A stretch of 64,000 bases of DNA from positions 106,694 through 170,693 of the forward strand of contig QWOQ01000007.1 in assembly GCA_003669585.1 (NCBI GenBank), read 5' to 3'. How positions within the stretch are numbered: the first letter of the stretch is position 1; each line of letters starts with the position of its first letter. Source of the stretch: Planctomycetota bacterium (lineage in GTDB: Bacteria > Planctomycetota > Planctomycetia > Pirellulales > UBA1268). Below the pieces are notes generated by a model. That model was given only the letters and a program-made list of their open reading frames with translations, had not been told where the DNA came from and did not search any database. Of this stretch, positions 57,947-64,000 are shown piece by piece. Made by a program: the position numbers and the translations under genes.

Positions 57947-58130
57947 TTGGATTCTCCACCCGGCTTACTCTGGCTAATGCTTCATAAGCTTCAACGTCTT
58001 CTGCTGTTTTCGGTCTATTTTGACCTGCATGAATAGACATACCGCCGAACATGAGGCCTATGCCAGTTTATTCAACTAGGAAGACTTTTCTGTTCTGGCT
58101 GCAATTGAAAAAGGTGCTCGAAGTTTTCAT

Positions 58131-59216
58131 TTATCCAGTCTTTTGAAGCCATCCAGAATCGAAGGCATTTGCAGAATCCGAAGAAGGAATCAGTCGGAAC
58201 ATTTGATCCTTCTGGCCCATCCTGGAAAGCGTGAGTGATTCGAGAATTGCTTCTGCAACTTCAATCGCTCTCAGGCCATCTTCACCTGATACCGTTGGCT
58301 TTCGGCTTTGCCTTACTGCGTCCAAGAAGTCATCGTGCTCAGACACAATTGCATTGCCTTCCGGGATTGCAGGAGCAGTATGGTGAAGTACATCCGTAAA
58401 AAAGCGATCCTTGGCTGCCGTTGTATTCGATGTCACCATACTCAACGCATTAAATTTTCCTTGTCGCACATCCTCTGAGGGCTCGAGCACGCTGATACTT
58501 TTTGCATTGAAATCAATTGAAACCATCGTTTCGGTAGACCATACGTCGATTTTTCGTTCCAACACAGGAGAAATTCGTGAAGCTGTCAGCGTGGCCATCA
58601 CTCCAGAATCAAACAGCAGACGGGCACGAACAGCGTCTTCATGACCACCGGTTGCCACTATTCCTATCGCTTCAACGTTCTTGAGATTTCCTGGCGAGAG
58701 CGAAAGAAGTAGATCGATATCATGAATCATTAAATCGAGCACGACCCCCACATCAAGAGATCGATACGTGAAAGGAGCTCGCCGCACGGCTTCTACCGAA
58801 AGGAGTTGTCCCCGACCAACTTTGGATGCCTTCCAGGCAGGGTTAAAACGCTCCACATGCCCAACGGCCACAACGCACCGGTGGCGATGCGCTGCGGCTA
58901 CAAGTCTCTTCGCCTGCGAGGCCGTGGTAGCAAGTGGCTTTTCAATAAAAACATGAATTCCAGCTTCGATCAGTGGCATTGAAACCGATTCGTGCAGGCA
59001 GGTAGGCGCGGCAATCACCACTACGTCAACGCGCCCAGAGAGATCCTCTGAATTTTCAACCGCATTGCAGGCACACTCTTGCGCAAGCCGACTGCGAGAC
59101 AAAACAATCGGATCGCTTACTGCAATAAGCTCCACATCACTACGGGCAGCAAGCAGTTTTGCATGAATCGATCCCAAATGACCGCAGCCAATAACCGCTG
59201 CTCGAATGCGATTCAT
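58131..59216 (-). CDS. Gfo/Idh/MocA-family NAD(P)-dependent oxidoreductase
   Basis: MNRIRAAVIGCGHLGSIHAKLL Rossmann N-terminus, FIEKPLA, GHVERFNP. Start taken at ATG 59216 (an alternative is 59240). Confidence 0.8.
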   Translation of the reverse strand: MNRIRAAVIGCGHLGSIHAKLLAARSDVELIAVSDPIVLSRSRLAQECACNAVENSEDLSGRVDVVVIAAPTCLHESVSMPLIEAGIHVFIEKPLATTASQAKRLVAAAHRHRCVVAVGHVERFNPAWKASKVGRGQLLSVEAVRRAPFTYRSLDVGVVLDLMIHDIDLLLSLSPGNLKNVEAIGIVATGGHEDAVRARLLFDSGVMATLTASRISPVLERKIDVWSTETMVSIDFNAKSISVLEPSEDVRQGKFNALSMVTSNTTAAKDRFFTDVLHHTAPAIPEGNAIVSEHDDFLDAVRQSRKPTVSGEDGLRAIEVAEAILESLTLSRMGQKDQMFRLIPSSDSANAFDSGWLQKTG

Positions 59217-59329
59217 ATTGTCTCCTTTGCTTTTTTCCAAATCACTCTTTGAAGATTTCCTTTTGTGACGCTTAGGAAATCAGATGGGATTTGAAGACCG
59301 ACATTCTTAAAACACTTTTATTTTTCTTT

Positions 59330-60211
59330 TTAGGCAGTTCGCCGAAAGGATGCCGCTGAGTCGGCCGCCAACAACTGCTTCACAAGCATGGCGTTGAGAC
59401 GGTGTCCGCTGCGGTAGCCTCGCACATGAGCATGAAGAGGGCGGCCAGCCAGCGACAAATCTCCAACCATGTCGAGCAATTTGTGACGAACACATTCATC
59501 TGGCCAACGAAATGCATTTTCGAGTGGACCATTCGGACCGAGAATCAGTAAATCTTTTGGCGTCACCCGCGTGCCAAGACCGCGACTGCGAAGCGATTCC
59601 GCCTCCTGCTGCGTTACAAATGTTCGGGCAGCCGCGAGCTCCATCCGAAAAGTTTCTGGTGTTATGTACACACAGCGATGCTGAGTACCAATCGGTCCAC
59701 GGCCCTCGTAGTCGAGCGTGTATTCAACACACAGACCTGGTCGCCCGTGCGGAACAGCTTCGATCCATGCCGAGGAATCTCCTACGCGAACAGCCTGCCT
59801 GACGACAATTGGCTGAAGCGGAGCCCCAAGACATTCTACCCCTGCGGAGACAATTGCATCCGCAACGATCACGCTCGATCCATCAAAGCCGGGCATTTCG
59901 GCGGAGGTCACCCGGACTTCGCAGTTGTCTATCTCGCTTGCAGACAAGGCCGCTAGAACATGTTCAACCATCTCCACTTGAGCAACGCCGGCCGAAAGAT
60001 TTGTGCGATGTTCAGCTTCAACGCAGTGCTCCAACCGCACCGCAACACGCAATGCAGGCGACAAATCAACCCGCACGAACACCACTCCAGTCCCCGCCGG
60101 AGCCGGATAAAATTCAACACGATTGGTTTGACCGCTCCAATAACCGAAGCCCGAAACAGCCACAGGACGCCGAATGGTCCGCTGCGGCCTCAGAAATGGA
60201 GTGGTGGCCAT
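59330..60211 (-). CDS. lpxC: UDP-3-O-acyl-N-acetylglucosamine deacetylase
   Basis: 293 aa. QRTIRRPVAVSGFGYWSGQTNRVEFYPAPAGTGVVFVRVDL aligns with the E. coli LpxC N-terminus. Also EHVLAAL, MPGFDGSS, HKLLDMVGDLSLAG and RSGHRLN. Confidence 0.9.
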   Translation of the reverse strand: MATTPFLRPQRTIRRPVAVSGFGYWSGQTNRVEFYPAPAGTGVVFVRVDLSPALRVAVRLEHCVEAEHRTNLSAGVAQVEMVEHVLAALSASEIDNCEVRVTSAEMPGFDGSSVIVADAIVSAGVECLGAPLQPIVVRQAVRVGDSSAWIEAVPHGRPGLCVEYTLDYEGRGPIGTQHRCVYITPETFRMELAAARTFVTQQEAESLRSRGLGTRVTPKDLLILGPNGPLENAFRWPDECVRHKLLDMVGDLSLAGRPLHAHVRGYRSGHRLNAMLVKQLLAADSAASFRRTA

Positions 60212-60276
60212 GAATCCAATTTACCGATTGAAGTGTGAACAAGCCTGCAACGAACCGACAAACAAATCACATCCTG

Positions 60277-60945
60277 TCACTGCGTGCGTCGCTGTTGCCC
60301 GGCTGGGGATGCCCGACCACTCTGGTCAGCAACTGCTGAGGCATTCAACATTTTTGTGATATCGGGAGTAATGTCGATACTCGGGTCAACATAAAGAATC
60401 GGCTTTGTGATCCCACGAAGAATGTTGTTGCGATCTGTCGTGTCGATAGGATCACCCTCGAATCGATGGACCACCGCAATTTGATGCTCGCGCGCAAATT
60501 GCGCCACGGCTTTCTCAATCTCGGTATAGACCTGCAAATACGACTGCGCTTCTTTTTCCATAAAATCCTTTTTTTGAAGCTGAGTATTCACGTTAAAATC
60601 GCCCTGCGCTTTGGCGACTTCAGCCTCGAGCTTCTTGTATTCAGGCGTCCCGACGTTGTAGCCCTTGAGTTGCTCCATCATCGTGGTGATGCGATCTCGT
60701 TCAGCTTTAAGACCGTTTTCGGCAGCCATGACTTCGTCCTTCATTTTGTCCATGGCACCCTTGAAGCGAATGTGATTTTTAAACACATACCCTACATCGA
60801 GCACCGCGGCGTGAACGGCCACCCCGGAAGACTGCGGCTGAGCTTGCTGCCTACCGGGCCCCTGAGCCGGAGCCTGCGCAAAAAGAAAACCGCTGCTCGG
60901 TGCAGCCATCACAGCCATTGCAAAAACTAAGGCATATCGTTTCAC
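60277..60945 (-). CDS. skp: OmpH/Skp-family periplasmic chaperone
   Basis: A GTG at 60945 lies 8 nt after GAAGGAG and gives MKRYALVFAMAVMAAPSSGFLFAQA (signal peptide). A coiled, K/E/Q-rich body (FKGAMDKMKDEVMAAENGLKAERDRI...) is typical of Skp. Confidence 0.7.
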   Translation of the reverse strand: MKRYALVFAMAVMAAPSSGFLFAQAPAQGPGRQQAQPQSSGVAVHAAVLDVGYVFKNHIRFKGAMDKMKDEVMAAENGLKAERDRITTMMEQLKGYNVGTPEYKKLEAEVAKAQGDFNVNTQLQKKDFMEKEAQSYLQVYTEIEKAVAQFAREHQIAVVHRFEGDPIDTTDRNNILRGITKPILYVDPSIDITPDITKMLNASAVADQSGRASPAGQQRRTQ

Positions 60946-61185
60946 GAGACGCACTCCTTCACTTCCAAGGGGGTTCAGACTGAATTCAATGTTTTCATAC
61001 GTGTTCAAACATCTGCTCCTTCCGACCATTTGAGACTGTTCGGAAAGGACTGCAGGAGGCGGGAGTTTGTCAGGAGACTCCCGTTCGCTCAAGGGCAATC
61101 ACGCCCTAAGAAAAGAGCTTGTTTTGGATTTTTACCGCTTTGGCATCTCAGGAACGATCAGATTTTGCAAACACTTTCAGATCCC

Positions 61186-63333
61186 CTACCGAGGAGCCCC
61201 AGCGATCACTTCGAGAGTGACTGTTTCTCCATTGCGCAGCACGATCACCGGAACCTTTTCGCCTGCTTTTATTTTTCGAAGCGCGCTGTCGAAATCCTCA
61301 AGCCCCGTCACAGCGCTTTCTCCGAGACGAACAATCACGTCACCTCCCAGGAGCCCGCCACGCTGAGCTGGTGAATCCTTAGAAACACCCGAGATGGCAT
61401 ATCCTTTTTGAGGCTTTCCAAAGTCAGGAATGCTTCCAAAATATGGCCTGTCTCCTCCTCCTCTGACAAATTGTTTTGATGCCACCTCGATATAGTCAGG
61501 GCGTTTCTCTTGGGTTGCTAATTCTTTTACAACAGCAGCCACCATGTCAGCAATGCGCACCATTCCATCGTAATTGATCTTCTCTGCTGTATCCGTTGGT
61601 CGGTGATAGTCTGGGTGACTCCCTGTAAAAAGATGCAACACAGGAATTTTTTTTGCGTAAAACGTCGAATGATCGCTCGGTCCAAATCCTCCTGGTTCCT
61701 TGGCTAGCTCAAACCCAACCTGCTCGGCAAGCTGATCAACGAGCTCTTCAAAACGTGTTGAAGTTCCTGTGCCATGGACAATGAGCTTGTCGCTATCGAG
61801 CCGTCCGACCATGTCAAGATTGACCATTGCCACCGTATCATTCAGCGGAACGAGTGGATGATCTACATAGTGAGCGCTTCCGAGCAGTCCTCGCTCCTCG
61901 CCACTGAAAGCGATAAAAAGAACGCTTCTGGGCAGCGGTCCATGGGCAACAAGACGCCTTGCTACTTCAACGAGCATTGCAGTGCCACTTGCATTATCGT
62001 CAGCGCCATGGTGAATCGCAGTTTCACCAGGCGCAGCAGAGTTCACTCCACCAAATCCCAAGTGATCATAATGCGCCCCCAGCACCACTGTTTCCCCGGC
62101 AAATTCCCCTTGGCCTTTGAGAAGCCCAAGAACGTTACGAGAGGCAGCCTCGACACGTTGAGTGCTAATGCGACCACGGATTTTCCAACCAGCAAGATCG
62201 ATGCTTTGGGGCTTGAGTTCCTTGTCGATCTCGGATTCCAGCTGTTCTATCGAGTGCCCGGTCGACTGCGTAATGACCTGATCGATCACGTTCCTTCGAA
62301 TCTGCAGCACCGGCATACTTCGATGATCCGAACCGTCACCGGCACGGTCGAAACCCATAAGAGTGTCCCCGTTACCCGCAAGATCATCGACTGATTTCCG
62401 AATATCATTCGCAAGTCTCCCAACCTCGACTCGATACTTTTCAATTACCTCACTGCTGGCAGCCGTATTTTTAAGAAAAGTGTCATGCACAATCCCAACT
62501 TCACGGACTGCGGTGTCAAGCGACGTTGAATATCCCGTTTGATTGCGTCGCATGTCGAGAGAATCGTTGACGAACAACACAGCTCCTGCTTCGTGCTCGG
62601 AAGCATTTGCGATTTTTCGAGAGAGGGCTGCGTACTGAGAATTTTCATTTCCGTCAAAAACGCTATGTGGATTTTCCTGCTGAGGTTCGTGACGCAAAAT
62701 GATGATCGCCTTTCCGCGGGCGATGAGCGACGCGTAGTCGTCGTACTCTTCGATCCGAGCGGTGATGCCATACCCTGCAAAGGCCAGCGGAATCTCAAAT
62801 GCGCCACTCCCTCCGGCAGCCAATGGAGTCCAGTCACTTGAAAGCACAAGCGGAATTATTTTCTCCCCGCCGCCATCGGCCGGGCCCACCAATTCAGCCG
62901 TATTTTCTTTTTGTTCACCGAGTTTTGTTTCCAAAGTCATCGTAAATGGCTGAAACGGTCCGTTATCAAGGATTTGAGTCGACAACCCTATCGCAGCAAA
63001 TTCCTTCGCTACCCACTCGGCAGCGGTCTCAATTCCACGACTGCCAGGGCCCCGGCCTTCAAGTTCAGCACTCGAAAGAAACTCAACTGATTCACGCAGA
63101 CGCTGACGGACGTGGGCGTTCTCCGAAAGAGGCTCTGCTGTGGAGATCTCTTTCTTTTCAATTTCATCAGATCGCACCGGAATTCCAGACGCGTATAAGA
63201 TCGACGCGGCTGAAAATACAGCACACACAAAAAGCCCACGCTGTCTCTGTCTGTCGTAAATGCATCGGCTTTGGAGACAGTTCATCAGATACTCCTCAAA
63301 GATTGTCAACAGTTTTTTAATGCGAGGAAACAT
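61186..63333 (-). CDS. M28-family aminopeptidase with PA domain and C-terminal PDZ domain
   Basis: 715 aa. GAHYDHLG, HHGADDNASGTAMLVEVARRL, FSGEERGLLGS and DHSTFY are the M28 zinc ligands. The C-terminal GYAISGVSKDSPAQRGGLLGGDVIVRLGESAV...VIVLRNGETVTLEV is PDZ-like. Confidence 0.85.
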   Translation of the reverse strand: MFPRIKKLLTIFEEYLMNCLQSRCIYDRQRQRGLFVCAVFSAASILYASGIPVRSDEIEKKEISTAEPLSENAHVRQRLRESVEFLSSAELEGRGPGSRGIETAAEWVAKEFAAIGLSTQILDNGPFQPFTMTLETKLGEQKENTAELVGPADGGGEKIIPLVLSSDWTPLAAGGSGAFEIPLAFAGYGITARIEEYDDYASLIARGKAIIILRHEPQQENPHSVFDGNENSQYAALSRKIANASEHEAGAVLFVNDSLDMRRNQTGYSTSLDTAVREVGIVHDTFLKNTAASSEVIEKYRVEVGRLANDIRKSVDDLAGNGDTLMGFDRAGDGSDHRSMPVLQIRRNVIDQVITQSTGHSIEQLESEIDKELKPQSIDLAGWKIRGRISTQRVEAASRNVLGLLKGQGEFAGETVVLGAHYDHLGFGGVNSAAPGETAIHHGADDNASGTAMLVEVARRLVAHGPLPRSVLFIAFSGEERGLLGSAHYVDHPLVPLNDTVAMVNLDMVGRLDSDKLIVHGTGTSTRFEELVDQLAEQVGFELAKEPGGFGPSDHSTFYAKKIPVLHLFTGSHPDYHRPTDTAEKINYDGMVRIADMVAAVVKELATQEKRPDYIEVASKQFVRGGGDRPYFGSIPDFGKPQKGYAISGVSKDSPAQRGGLLGGDVIVRLGESAVTGLEDFDSALRKIKAGEKVPVIVLRNGETVTLEVIAGAPR

Positions 63334-63520
63334 CGCCTCGTGCTAGATATTCTAGCCAAAGAAGACTTCATCGCGGAAATGTCTGATTCCTTCCGAATAT
63401 TGATGTTTCCTACGGACTCTGCCACCGGTGCTTGAGGACATGGAGGCCCATCTGACTTCCGGCAAAAATCTTTTCACTTTCCAGCCCTTTGATTTCTCTT
63501 GGGAAAAATAAAAAGACGTT

Positions 63521-63549
63521 TTGACCTGATTCGCGCCAGTCGCTATTGT
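63521..63549 (+). promoter_or_regulatory. Sigma70-like promoter candidate upstream of the receiver-domain gene
   Basis: TTGACC (63521-63526), a 17-nt spacer, then TATTGT (63544-63549), 34 nt upstream of ATG 63583. Planctomycete promoter consensus is poorly defined. Confidence 0.3.
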
Positions 63550-63582
63550 CCGCAGCCCACCAGTATCATTCCGGAGCTCTCT

Positions 63583-64000
63583 ATGACGAATTCATCGAAA
63601 ATACCGAATGAGAAAAGTCCTCGCAGCGACTCAACCGGTATCCTGAGCGTGATACATGATCCGAGCATCTTGTCGACACGGATACTGCTGGTGCACGACA
63701 ACGAGGACGCTCTCGACGCTCTGTCAACTATTCTGAAACGACAGGGATATAACGTCTACACTGCAAGAACCCCCGAAGATGCGGTCGAACAAAACATCCT
63801 ACCCGATGTTGCGGTTCTTCATCTGGCTGATCATTCCTTATCACGCGAGCATCGCGATCTGCTTATCGCACAGTGGTCGGCTCGGGGAACGCGAATTGTG
63901 ACTGTTGGGAATCCATGGGAACGTCGGGCGTGTTATTCCGATGCCTTTGTTGCAGAACCCTACCGTTTTTCGAGGCTTGTCCTTACAATTCTTGAGGTTC
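63583..64000 (+). CDS. Response-regulator receiver-like domain protein, N-terminal fragment (runs off the window)
   Basis: ATG 63583, open to the window end. RILLVHDNEDALDALSTILKRQGYNVYTARTPEDAV...PDVAVLHLAD follows the CheY-like (beta-alpha)5 pattern, but the acidic pocket and the phospho-acceptor positions are non-canonical. Confidence 0.5.
   Translation, partial: MTNSSKIPNEKSPRSDSTGILSVIHDPSILSTRILLVHDNEDALDALSTILKRQGYNVYTARTPEDAVEQNILPDVAVLHLADHSLSREHRDLLIAQWSARGTRIVTVGNPWERRACYSDAFVAEPYRFSRLVLTILEV

Noticed and set aside
1-64000. CRISPR arrays, transposases, prophage or defence-island content
   Set aside because: There are no regularly spaced direct repeats and no integrase, transposase, phage structural or recognisable defence-system motifs in any frame. 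The only nuclease/helicase pair is an AddAB-type repair module.

Overview
This 64-kb window looks like a gene-dense chromosomal segment of a Planctomycetota (PVC) bacterium. The evidence is three hallmark families read from the translations: a DUF1559 'H-X9-DG' pseudopilin-like protein, a TAT-signal DUF1501 protein, and a PVC-type CxxCH heme-binding/HEAT-repeat protein. About 45 protein genes and one tRNA-Ser(CGA) are supportable. I saw no rRNA, CRISPR array, transposase or integrase. Most genes are housekeeping: glpD-glpK, rnd-addB-addA, acnA, nfo, lpxC-skp, an M16 peptidase pair, and POT and ZIP transporters. Two things deserve a second look. (1) At 31.2-40.6 kb two converging operons encode an ACP-fused alpha-oxoamine synthase, a stand-alone HHxxxDG acyltransferase, a membrane GT2, an NAD_binding_4-type reductase, a SAM methyltransferase and an MMPL exporter. 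I read this as a candidate non-canonical sphingolipid-like glyco-aminolipid pathway. (2) The 960-bp ORF-poor gap between acnA and the DUF1559 gene holds two tandem copies of a structured-RNA-like motif: a GGCGGC...C8...TCACTTCT...GCCGCC core, each followed by a different perfect hairpin. All functional calls rest on motif recognition by eye. No database search or computation was run.
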